This document shows positions 25,926 through 38,486 of a stretch of DNA of 64,000 nt, in pieces. A model generated the notes under the pieces. That model was not told the origin of the DNA. It saw only the letters and a program-made list of their open reading frames with translations, and made no database searches. The stretch comes from Carcharhinus amblyrhynchos (taxonomy: Eukaryota). Position 1 is the first letter of the stretch. The number at the start of each line of letters is the position of its first letter. Location: positions 12,834,001 to 12,898,000 of the forward strand of contig OZ336905.1 of NCBI GenBank assembly GCA_965287045.1, given 5' to 3'. The position numbers were made by a program, and so were the translations under genes.

Positions 25926-26705
25926 TGGTGCAGAGGAGATGTCAGGGGTAAGTTTTTCACTCAGAGGGTGGTGAGTGAGTGGAATCAGCTGCCGCCGGTG
26001 GTGGTAGAGGCGAACTCGCTGGGGTCTTTTAACAGACTTCTGGATGAGTACATGGGATTTAATGGGATTGAGAGTTATAGATAGGCCTGGTAGGTATGGA
26101 TATGATCGGCGCAACTTGTGGGCCAAAGGGCCTGTTTGTGCTGTAATGTTCTATGTTTTAATACAGATACATAATTCCCTAAATTATGACGTCACAGGTA
26201 GATAGGGTCATAAAGAGTGCTTTTGGTACATTGGCCTTTATAAATCGAAGTATTGAGTATAAGAGTTGGAATGTTATGGTGAGGTTGTATAAGACATTGG
26301 TGAGGCCAAATTTAGAGTATTGTGTGCAGTTTTGGTCACCTAATTAAAAAGGATATTAATAAGGTTAAAAGAGTGCAGGTCCAATTTGCTGATCCAATTT
26401 ATCATGTTATCATCCAGATCATTGATATAGATGACAAACAACAATAGACCCAGCACTGATCCCTGTGGCAGACCACTAGTCACAGGCCTCCACTACCACT
26501 CTCTGGCTCCATTGAACCAATGGCTAATCCAATTTACTACTTCTCCATGTATACGTAGCAACTGAACCTTCCTAACTAACCTCCCATGTGGGACCTTGTC
26601 AAAGGCCTTACTGAAGTCCATGTAGACAACGTCCACTTTCCTGGTAACCTCCTCGAAAAACTCTAATAGACTGGTTAAACATGACCTACCACGCTCAAAG
26701 CCTGG
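25926..26705. mobile_element. Mosaic of CR1 pieces: plus-strand 3' end (approx. 25930-26160), plus-strand ORF2 piece (approx. 26190-26378), minus-strand RT piece (approx. 26380-26705)
   Basis: GRSCLTSLLEFFEEVTRKVDVVYMDFSKAFDKVPHGRL on the minus strand; ttggtgaggccaaatttagagtattgtgtgcagttttggtcacc on the plus strand. Confidence 0.8.
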
Positions 26706-29589
26706 TAACAACAATCAAAGAATGCAAACATCAATGAGGAAAGTCAGCAAGGCGTTAACAGTGCCTCAGTAACTTTTGGCTGCTGGAGGATAACTGCCTT
26801 TCAAACGTAAAAATACTGAATGATCTACAAGCCTTTTTTCTCCCAACTCTACTCTATGGCTCCAAATTCTGGGTGACTTGTGGAAGGTATCTGCAGCTCT
26901 TAACGTTCCTGTTGCAAGATCCTTCAAATTCACTCAGAACATCATAAAGCCAATGTACTGGTCTTCTCAAAAGCAGGTTTACCAGTACTGAAGTGACAAT
27001 TAAAGGTCAGCTTCACTGCTCTGACCATGTATATTGAACAGGTGATTCCAAAGTCTAGCACTACATTCAGAACTGAGCTCCAGCAAATTAAGTGCCGGTA
27101 GTCAGAATCCAAACCTGAGGAAATGCGACATTAGCATCAATGCATGGGAGGAAAAAAAGTCTGTAAACCATGGCACAATATACACAGGCATGGAGTAACC
27201 ACTTGGAACACACTGGAATTATCAAAGAGGAGAATCAGAGAAGAAACAGTGACAGCCCATGACTGCACCATCAACTGGGCTTTGCGGTAAATTACATTTC
27301 TCGAGGGTTGACAGCCACACAAGTGTTAAAGACATGGCTAATGTCTTTAACACTTGCTGAGAAGCAATCTTCTCAGACTACTCAGATTGTCAATTTCCTG
27401 CCATGCCCTCCTGCAGTTTGTCACAAACTGTTTTAATCTGTTATGTTTCCAATTTTATGCCATCAGCAAATTTCAATATTGTTCCCTCAATTGCCAAGTA
27501 CAAAATATTTCTGTATACAGCAGTTCCCTGTGGATTATTGTTTGCTGTATCTTTACATTTCAAGAAACTTGCATGTACTCCTACATCTGTCAACTGACCA
27601 TTGAGCAAGACTAATTGGATACCACTATCAAACAGCAGGCACAGACGATGGGCACATTGCCACTTTTGTGCTCCACTATATTGAAAGGGAAGAGAATTTG
27701 GGTAGACACAGGGAGTGTCCATGGATCTGAGGAGAGCAAACAAGTCAGGACGCTCTGCGGGTCTGATCTGATCAATTGCTTCGCCAGTAACAAAGATGAC
27801 CTATTTGCGAGCAGATGCTTAACTTCGAATGTTATCTCACCAATTAATTTATGCTATTGTCCCCATTTGTGTTATACGAGGACCTGCCAGTACTCTTGTT
27901 CTGTCCATGTCAACGATTGCCTGCATTAACTACCATCTGCCCAACATCTAATCAGTAATATTCAAACTTGTCAACATTGGATGAGTGGGGAGTTTGTAGT
28001 AGTCATCAAAAGCATTGGAACACGGCATAAAATCAACCAGCTAGGCTTGTAATGTAGCTGATATGACAGCTTGGTGATTGTATCTTCTTATCTTAGCGCT
28101 GTCTTCTGGCTCTGGCTGGTTAGCAGCTCACATTTCTACCAGTTAAGCAGGTCAAACGTGACATATATGACAATCGGTCCACCCAGCTTGACCATTTTCT
28201 GCAGAGTGCCTTTAACCATATTATTAGACACAACCTGACATGAAGTGCAAGAGGCAAAAAGAAAAATCAATCTCATTTTTGGGTGATAATCACACTCGCA
28301 CGTTGAAAACAAAATGCAATTTAAATAAATAAATAAGCCTTAACAGGAGAAAGGTTTTGATGGAGAGAGATGCAAGCGCATTTGAGGGGCTTAAACACCA
28401 GCATGGGTTAGTTGGGCCAAATGGCCTGTTTGTGTTCTATATTTTAAAAAAAATGATACGACCAATCTTAAACTCCCTTTCTGCATTGAGAAATAATCTT
28501 CCTCAATCAGACTGTCAAGTCCCAGCCACACCTTCCTGCAGTTGTCACAATTCTCATCATAATCCATCATGATTCCAGTTTAACACAACTTGCAAATTTC
28601 TATACTGTTCCCTCAATTGTCAAGTACAGTGCCACAAGCATGGTGCCATAGCAAATCTTTGGAAACCCTCATAAATAACATGAAGCTTTCTTTATCCTAT
28701 TTATTCATAGAATGCTATAGAGTGAATTTGTCAAGCACAACCTGTCTTTTCGAAATCCCAGTTGACTAGACCTACTTAACACACGTTTTCCCTAGTGAGT
28801 CACTTAATATGATAAAACTGACATTTGGACGTTCACTGAAGGGTAACTGCTAATGGAACCAGAGCTTCCCCTTTTTTCCCTAACTATCTGCAACATTACC
28901 GGTTTCTTTGCAGATGCTTACTGACCAGAATACTTCCAGCATTTTGCTTTTATTTCAGATCCCCAGTATCTATAGTATTTTGTTTTTTTATATTTAATGC
29001 ACATTTTTACAATTAGCCATTTCAAAAATATCCCATTGTTTAACAGCTTTTTGCTAATTTTTCCTTTCACTTGACCTCAGCATAATGAATTTTTTATCAC
29101 GGTTAATATTTGCTATTTTCGCATCAAGAATTTTTTGCCTCAATTTTTCATATACTGAAATTAATATTGTGATTAGCTTTTTAAAAGTTCGATACCTTTA
29201 AAATATCGACTTGTTATATTCCATTACCCAGAATTAAGTCAAATTGGCGCTCGAAAAGTGAAATCCCTGGATTCTGTATTTTTTCCTTTCTACCTCCCAA
29301 ACTCTTTTGCTTATACCTGTTTTCAAACAGTTGTTTCTCTCAACTCCTCAACCTACTATACACCTAAAGTTTGATTGGCCTTCCCAGCTGCAAACTGTAC
29401 TCTGTTGCTTTTACTTTCCCCGTCATTTTAATTTAGACCACAGTTCTAACTAACCACATGGTGAATATATTGGCATTAGCTTCTGCTCAACTATCTGCCA
29501 GTCTGCCAGTGCAACTCACTTCTGCCCAAAGAATTTGTACTTTTCTCTTCTGCAAAATGCCTCTAACCACCATTTTCTTTACTCACCGT

Positions 29590-30165
29590 CTTTTCCTGCA
29601 CTGATTAGCTCATGGCACTGGAAGCAATTCTGAGATTACCACTGAATTCAATGGGAGGATTGCTGAACAAAGGCTGGTATCCTTCTTGAAGCCAGGTTCA
29701 CAAGCATTCAGGCACAACTCCTGCAAAATGAACTTTGATGGACTGTGTTCAGATTGTTGAAGAACATCTCCTCCACCAGGTCCTGTTCTCTCCACTTTCA
29801 AGTGGTCAGTGTTCCAGGGGAGGGAAAATACCACTTCAAGGACACTGAATTCTTCCTGAAGTGCAGTGAAATTGACCTTAATGACTCGGAGAAGCTTTCT
29901 ACCAATCACTCAGAATGGCAACAACTTGTTCATCAAGTTGCAGCATGCTTCGAAACCCACTTTCTTAACGATAAGGCAGAGGGGCGGCAGCAAAGAAAAG
30001 GATGCAAATCCTGCACTCCCGATCATGCTATCACATGAAGTGTCATGCTCCAAGTGCCTAAAGATCTGCAGTTCAAGAATTGGCTTGGTCACGTGCTTGA
30101 AGAGCCATGGCAGAAACGTGCAACACTGAGTAGATGTCATCCTCAGATTGAGTAATAGCCAGCAA
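29590..30165 (+). mobile_element. RTE-clade LINE 3' region, decayed
   Basis: GEGKYHFKDTEFFLKCSEID...HSEWQQLVHQVAACFE followed by C-terminal CSKCLKICSSRIGLVTCLKSH, typical of the RTE/BovB-like ORF end. Confidence 0.65.
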
Positions 30166-32487
30166 CAATTCCTGAAATTCTATTTCTAGCTCCTCATTTC
30201 GAGAACTCTTTGCAATGCCTGAAATTTATTTCCCCCCATATTGTTTGTTATGATACTCCCGCCATTCCTTCTTCTCACCAACATCCCCTCCAAAAACTCA
30301 TGCACTGCTCTGTTAAATACCCTACACCTGAAATACAACACAGAATTCAAACAACTATCAACTCCAGTATTGAATCACCATCGACACTGCATTGGAATTA
30401 CAGAGAATTCCTTAAAAGTCTACAGTACGTTCCATTTAGCCCAACAGGTCTATACCAAATACATATATTTTTATTCCTTTACCCATTAAATACTTAGCTA
30501 GCTTCCCCTTAAATGTAACAATGCTATTGTCTCAATTACTCTATTTGGTCGCAAGTTGCAGGTTTTAACCGCTCTTGAATTTCTTATTGGCTTTATCAGA
30601 GATTATCGTGATTGACCTGGCCCATAGTTTTGGACTCCCCACAAGTTTAAACATTTCCTTCATATCTACCCTATCAAACCCGTACATAATTTTAAGATAA
30701 TCTCTTTTCTTAGAGGAGAGAGCATGAGCCTATTCAGTCTTTTCTGATAGTTGCACATCAGTTCTGGTATCTTTTACTTTCTCCAGCGTGTCTGCAGCCT
30801 TATAAGGTGATAGCCACGTCTGTGTGCAATAGTGTGGTCTAACAGGGGCTTAACATCTCAGAGTCATAGAGGTTTACAGCAGGGAAACAGGCCCTTCAAC
30901 CCAACTTGTCCATGCCATCAAGCTAACCCCAATTATTCTGTAGTTAAATTCCCTTTCTGTACAAATGAAATCAATGCCTTGATTGCACTTTTATCCCCCA
31001 AGGCCTTGTTAACTCGTTACTTTGAATCATTTGTGAATCTGTGCCCCTAGATCACTTTGTGCTTCTAAGACATTACTTTCCCCTCAAGTAGATAGTCTCT
31101 TTATTCTTTGCACTGAAAAGCAATACTTCATGCTTATCCATATTGAAACTCATTTGCCATTCACACTTCCATTCTGCATCTTAACATCTTCTTTTATTTT
31201 GCTGCTATGCAGCAAGACCTGGACATCATCCAGGCTTGGCCTGATAACTGACCAGTAACATTGATGCCACACAAGTGGCATCAAATCATCTCCAACGGAG
31301 GGAACCCTTGTCCCTTGATGTTCAGCAGCATACATCATCCTAGAGCCAACTCAATGCCAAAGAGACTATTTTGTTCCTCCATAATTGGTCTTATTGCCTT
31401 AATTTTAAGCAACTTAGAAGAGCCAAATACACTGCTCTGTTGACCACTTGCCAGCAGGTTCCCATGCAATTGGGTGTCGTGTGCTATGGCAGTAAAAGGG
31501 GATTGCATTGAGCTGCTGTGATCATGGGAGAGTCAAACCCTGATCCACTTTTACTGGCTGGGCAAGAGGCTCTGCCGTCCAGGGGTGCAACTGAAAGTCA
31601 TGCTTTGGGAACTGTAATGATGGCTGTTGCCGATAGTCTTAAAAATCTGAACCAACATGACTCATTGAAAAGAGGATGATCAGAACCACGAATACTTTAA
31701 ATCTGTTGAATTGTACATAATTCCCTAAAAGCATTTGCTCTGACTTCAGTTGTAGCTGGGATAGCTCATGGTTGATATCCAAAGTGTGAGACTGCATTTA
31801 GCGCAGGATTGTGCTGTCAAACCTCAGGCGTTGGTACTTAAAAAACTAATTCTCCAAGCTCATGGAGTTGCACTGCAAGCACACACATGGGGAAGTGTGC
31901 TATACTGCTAAGTTTGTCACTTGAAGTTGCTTGTGTTAGGAATCAACGCTGCACTTTGCGATTAAGTTCGGGTGTTTAGTTTTAACAAAATACGTGCAGA
32001 AGACAACTGCTCCCTCCTAACTGGGGTACACTCTTGCCATAATCCACAATGGAAGCCATTTGTCTCTCCTTGCCTGGCATCAGAAGTGTACTTCTGAAAT
32101 TGAGTAACTCTCCTCGATAGTCTCGGAACCATGTCTCTTCATAAAGCCAGAAATTTCTGCAAGTAGCTCCGAAGGGAATGCAGCCCATATGCACTACAGG
32201 ACGCCCAGGAGTGGATACTGTTCATATGTTGAAGAGCACTCTTGGACACAATGCAACAGTTGAAGCTACAATGGGCGTTTCTATACCCTCTCAGTTCAGG
32301 AAGGGAGCTCAATAAAAGGAGTCTACCTTTTCTTAGTCACCGTGTTCTGTCAACTTTTGCTGTTAAATCAGATTCCACTTACACCTCAAAAATCTCCATG
32401 GGACAATTTCAGAAGTACACCTCTGATGCCAGGCAAGAGGAGATATTTACTGTTAGCATATCCAGTGGAATGACACCAAATGCAGTT

Positions 32488-32796
32488 AGAATCATACAGT
32501 GCAGAACAAAAGTCATTCGGCCTATTAAGCCTGCACTGACGACAATTCCACCAAGGCCCTATTCCCGTAACCCCATATATTTACCCTGTTAATCCCTTTG
32601 GCACAAAGGGCAATCTACCATGGCTAATTCATGTAATCTGAACATCTTTGCAGCGTGGGAGAAAACTGCAGCACTGGAGGAAACCTATGCAGACATAGGG
32701 AGAATGTGCAACCTCCACAGTCACGAAGGCCAGAACAGAACCCGGGTACCTGGCATGAAAGGCAGCACCGCTAACCACTATGCCACCGTGTCACCC
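32488..32796 (-). mobile_element. HE1-type SINE
   Basis: Reverse-complement V-domain and tRNA head (gcaccgctaaccactatgccaccgtg). Confidence 0.85.
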
Positions 32797-32807
32797 TAGT
32801 TATGCCA

Positions 32808-35037
32808 ATCTATTGCTGGAGAGAGAGACACAAATGATAGTTTTTCAACTTGCACTCACCAGGTCAAATGCAAGAATGTCAAATTTCAAACGATTGCAAC
32901 AATTTATACTAGAACATAGAACCCTACACTGCAGAGAGGAGGCCCATCAAGACTGCACCGAACACAATCCCAATCAGGCCCTACCCCCATATCCCTACAT
33001 ATTACACCCACTAATCCCTCTAACCTACACATCCCTAGATACTAAGGGACAATTTCTTGGCATGGCCAATCAACCTAACCCACACATCTTTGGACTGTGG
33101 GAGGAAACCAGAGTACCCGGAGGAAACCCATGCAGACACGAGGAGAATGTGCAAACTCCACACAGACAGTGACCTGAGCCAAGAATCGAACCCAGGAACC
33201 TGAAGCTGTGAAGCAGCAGGAGAACTACAGGAGAAAAGGGTGCTGATTGGTTGTCAAGTTGATTCTGATTGGCCAAGTGTTGCCATGAAGGAAGCAACAG
33301 GGAACTATAGGCTCCTCAAGCTTCTGAGTAATTTTAAAAACGAGCAAGGCTCAAATACATTCCTTTTGTTTGCAGAGAACAGGTCCCTGTCTGCGAAGGT
33401 ATGTCACTTTTAGCAAGCGTAAAGGAGCCATGTTACATGCTGCACTGATGATCTTAAATTGGTTGTTAATGTAGCTATTAATGCACTCAGGACTGTTCAC
33501 CAAGTGCTGCCGAATCACAGAATCACATCTAACAGTAGACGTTTTGCTTAGGTTTTGAAAGCACGACTGAGTAGTCTGCCTACTGAATCCTTTGCAATCA
33601 GCCAATCATTGGGAAACAGGTTTACACTTCGAGCATCATACAGGCATTGCAAGCTTATTTACAAACAGGCTGCTGCAAGAAGCCATCAACATTTGCACCA
33701 CATCATTATCACAGCAATATAGACATGCCACCATTTTCTGAATTTGTATTAGTTGAACTTATGAACTTAGCAACTCAAGCAATTGAGCTCAGTTTCAATG
33801 ACACTATGAATGCCCAAATAGATGGCATAGTTGTGGGATCCCCTCCAGGTTCAGTGCTGAGACATTTTTTTGTTGGTTTCAATGCAAAATGTGTTTTTGA
33901 CAGAATGACCAACCCTCCCATCCCATGCATATTTCCAATATGTAGATGATAAGCTCATAATACTTGAATCTACAACCACATGTAATGGTTTCCTCACACA
34001 CACACCCACTTTTGAAATGGACAGCCTGATGTGCTCCCTCTCTTTTTCATATTAGTTGAGGAATCTACTAATGGCTTCTCCACTATTGTGTATCTCAAGC
34101 CTACCTTCACTGGTCAACGTATACACATTGAGATTTGTATAGCTCCATGCACTGCAAGATTGGCCTCATGTGGAGAAATAGAGCACATCAAAAATCTATC
34201 CTGTGGGTCAATGGCTATCTTGATCAGAACATTACAGGTTTGCACGTTATACAGTGAACAAATAGGTCAAAGACTTCCACTTCCAAAACTGAAAAGTGCC
34301 CTGTCTATCTCAAATTACATGGAAAGGCAAATCCTCTCAAAAAAATTGAACAAGTTAAGCAAGCTGCTTTACGCTGCTACTATGCAATGGCTGCGCAAGT
34401 GGTATTTTCTACTGACAGGATGCTGTTGGTTCAAATAAAAAAGACCAGTCTGCCTACCACACAATTAAGCAAAGACATGTATGGATTTCAGTGCCAGAGC
34501 AATGCCAGGTAACTTGCTGTACAATTGGCTGATCAAATCAAATAGCATGTTCCTTTGGTTGCTTAAATCAGGCAGGATACAAATCAGATTCCACCAAACT
34601 GCACAAAACAAAACATCTACTGTTAGATGCAATTCTGCAATTGGGCAGCATTTGCTAAACAATCCAGAGTATGCTAATAGCTACACTAACAACCAATTTA
34701 AGATAATCAGTCATACTCATAACATAGCCCATTTATGCTTACCAGAAGTGACATGTATTTATACATAGGAACTGGTTTTCTGCATCCAAAAGGACTACGT
34801 TCAACACATGCTGCTTTTTTGAATTATCTGGGAGCTTGGGGAGCCTATAGTTTTGCTTGTTTTATCCATGGCAACACCTTGGCCAGAGTCAACTTGCCAT
34901 TCAATCAGCATCCTTTTCTCTTGTAGTATAAATTGTGGCAGTTTGGTATTCTTGTGCTTGTTGATGAGCGGAAGATGAACAGCTTTAGCAACATATCTCT
35001 TTTTAGCAATAATAAAGTTCAGTACTACCAACCGATT
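32808..35037 (+). mobile_element. Older, degenerate Penelope-like element with inverted arms; left arm interrupted by an HE1 SINE
   Basis: RT relics (LSFNDTMNAQIDGIVVGSPPG...; nucleotide ...caatatgtagatgat = YVDD) and a GIY-YIG C-terminal relic (SAIGQHLLNNPEYANSY). About 32810-33600 is an inverted, diverged copy of about 34480-35012. A 9-bp direct repeat gttatgcca lies at 32799-32807 and 35038-35046. Confidence 0.8.
32911..33219 (-). mobile_element. HE1-type SINE inserted in the left arm of the old Penelope-like element
   Basis: Reverse-complement V-domain. The flanks (...aatttatact / actacaggagaaaagg...) rejoin to match the element's right arm. Confidence 0.85.
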
Positions 35038-38000
35038 GTTATGCCAGTTTGTGGATCAATAAACCAAAGTCATAGATTTCAGTGCTGAGACCACAGCAGA
35101 TTGCTGCTTCTTCCTGTAATACAGCAGCCTGCATTTGGTCCTCAATCAGATGCAGTGGACATAAAATGCTGCCATTTGTTTCAGAGACTGCTTGAATAAA
35201 CTTTGCCCAATGGGTTGTCCTCTAACCCAATTAGATCACGTTGGTACATTTGGTGATAATGGTCAAGACCTTTTTGATTGTACCCTGTAAGAATGCAGCC
35301 ACGAAGAATCCATGATAGAACTATATGAGATCTAAACGGAAGGCTCCAATTCACATCAAGTACCCTGGAACCAGTACAGTCAGGCATTGAACAACCTGTG
35401 TTAAATGCTTTTGTGTATTTGTAACTGGCTCAACATGTCTGATCAGTTTATCATTTATTATTTCATTTCACGAGAATCAGATTCCTATTTATCTGTAGAC
35501 CAATGGGCTGTGGAGGGATTATGGCAGGATCATGGCTCGTGCCAACTTACTGTTTGTCTTATTCAAACAGTTAAATTGATTATTGCTGCATGCTCCGTTC
35601 TCCATATAAAGTTGAGGGAATGGTGTCAGATATACCCTTGAATCACTGTTTCCTCAAAGACGTGGCTTAAATGGATAAAGAGTAAAAATGGTGCAGTCAG
35701 AAATCATCACATTCAAGATGGGCTTATGCTTTATTTACTGCAGTTTTGTGCGACTAACGTCTTGTATACCATACTCCTGGTGCCAATGATATCTGTATTG
35801 AGAAATGAAAGATTCTTATAATCAATGGGTGCCAGCAAATTCTTGACTAGGGTTCCAAGTTTTAATGTGCTGTTCTGACTCGTGGCAAATACTGTTCAGC
35901 TGTTCCTTACAAGTGTATTTTGTGTACCAGTCAGATTTAACATACTCATTGTAATTTGCTGGACAAATATCTGATGTGGAAACCCAGCACTGTGCTCAAG
36001 TCTCCACAGCAAGTCAAAAAAACCCAAACAGCAACAAAAGGTAGAATTTCTACTAATATGGTCTCATACTCTCCCCATAGGAACATATCCCACTCAAGTT
36101 CAGAGAGCTTGTATCAAGTTGACAACAACGAAAGCTTAGGAATTTCCAACAGCAAGTGCCAGACTTGAACCAGTTAAAATTATACAGCACTGAAAAGCTC
36201 CCTGCCCCTTGTCCACGTAGAATCATCTTAACCATTAGGGTAGTGCAGAGATATTAAGAGCTGAGTACAGCCTCCCATGACAGGACAATCCTCAATTCAC
36301 ATTAATAAACCAAGCTAGCTTGTTAACCATCAATAATAGCCTGGAGTACTACAGTGAACAGTCTTTCTCAAGTACTGAATTGTGGAGTCTGTAAAAGAGG
36401 ATCAATTTGATTGTCATTTTCTTTTTCCAGTTCACCATCTTCAAGGTAATTCAACTCAAACAAAAAAATACCCTGTTCATAGCATCAGCTGTTGGGTTTT
36501 CTCTCAGAGGTATACTCGTCCGGTAACCAGTCTTTGCACACGGGTCACATTCAAATAGGCCTCTTTAAAGTCTACGTGTACCTGGCTACACAAAGAATGT
36601 AAAAGGGTCTCACATTTAAATACATTGCCCACACACTTCAAGCTGTGTCATGTTACTCAGTGATCAGAAAAATTTGAAAAACGTGAAAGGCATTTTACAG
36701 AGATTTCAAAGGCTGTTGTAGCTATGGTAACATAGAACAATTATGACTTTATTTTGATGCACAGCCTTCACTGTCAGCCAACGACAAAGGATGACCATGG
36801 GTAAATGAAAATACTTTAATTGCTCACAATACATGGCAGCAGGAGCACTTGATTGCTCACTGATGTTACCATATAACCTGAACAGGGAGAGAGCCTTTCG
36901 TTTCGTCATAGCATGCCTGCCTTACAATCAGAAGACACAAGGTTCACATCCAACTCTAGTTCCTGAATTCTGGGAATACATCCAGCAGGATACTGTTGCC
37001 TGGTGGGTATAGGTATCCCCACAATCATCATATGGATTGTAAGAGGTCATAAAACCCTTCCATTATATGGGAATAACCAGTCTATCAACTGGTATAAAGA
37101 TGGTTACAGCTACAGAAGGAACATTCATATTAAAGCTGGTTGGACTTTAAAGAAAAATCAATGTGTGAATAGTCCTACTATGAAAACAATCTAAACATCA
37201 GAATTCTACTTTCTTTTGTATGTTGCACCTGAAAAGAATAGCACAAGTTTAACTTGTTTTAAAGCTTGATACATCTACCTTAAGTGTCCTGAAAAGGACA
37301 TTACAAAAATAAGGACAGGCTAAATTAACATTACAAAACACTGTCTCATCAGAAGAATCTAGATCGGAAGAAAGGGTTACTCAAAATTTTTGTTGACAAG
37401 AATATATGATATGAAGAACAAAGAACTTTTAGCTGGGGGATGAGCAGTACAGTGACAAATAATGGGGGGCAGGGGGAGGGGGGGTGGTGTCCATAAGTTG
37501 CAAGAGGAGGAGATCACATGCAGCTTCACCTATCTGCAACACCATGACAACATTTTTCACATGAAGACACAGCACATTGTTACCTGTAATATATCAAGAT
37601 AGGCAATACTCAAAAGTGTATGGAAGATGAGGAGTGAAAAAAAACTTACGTTGACCAAAATTAATTACTTTCACTGACCTGCAGTGGGTCCAGAATAAAC
37701 GTAACATTAAACCTGCTGGCTTTCAGCAATTAGTCCTAATTACTCCAAAAGAACATATAGTTCTGGTTTTGATGCGAACTGACCCCTTATATATTTTCCA
37801 GCATTTGCAGTTTTCTTTCTATTTCTGAAGTGTTCTGATTGTAACTGCTGCATCCATTTGTTAATGGTAACTTCTTCAAATTCTTATCAAATTTCATCAT
37901 TTTCATCCCCAAAACAGATGTGAAACTTGATTAAACAGCAATGCAAAGCACAAGTGCAGTTTGAATAAATTATAGGAAACTGATGGGTTAACAGAACAGC

Positions 38001-38104
38001 AATGGTGGAAACATAAAATTGCCTTTAAAAATAAACACAAAATCCCATCTTAATCCACATGATGCATGACTACAAATTGAAATTAATGAAAAATGCAAAC
38101 ATAA

Positions 38105-38365
38105 AATGATTTGCATTTATATAGCACATTATCACATCTCTCAAATGTCTCAAAGCACTTCACGTACAATGAATTACTTTGAAGCACAGTGATAATAAAT
38201 GTGACAGACATTTTGCGCACACCAAGGTTCCATAAACAGCCATGAAATCCATGACTAGTTATATCCTGTTTTTTTGGTGCCGCTTACAGGAATAATGTTG
38301 GCCAAGATGCATGGAAAATTTACTTTCACAGTGCTGTAGGATCTTTACTGCCCACCTGAACTACA
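38105..38365 (-). mobile_element. Deu-domain SINE (SacSINE1/AmnSINE1-like), decayed
   Basis: Reverse complement resembles the Deu domain and the L2-type tail (...aagtgctttgagacatttgag..gtgctatataaatgcaa). Confidence 0.65.
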
Positions 38366-38486
38366 GGTACAGGAAGAAGCTTCCTATTCCTGTAGCTCAG
38401 GCAGGCATCATTTGGTGCAGCAACCAATACTGGCTAACCAGGAAGAATGCGATATTATCTGCAAGTTTGCCCATCACCTACTATAC

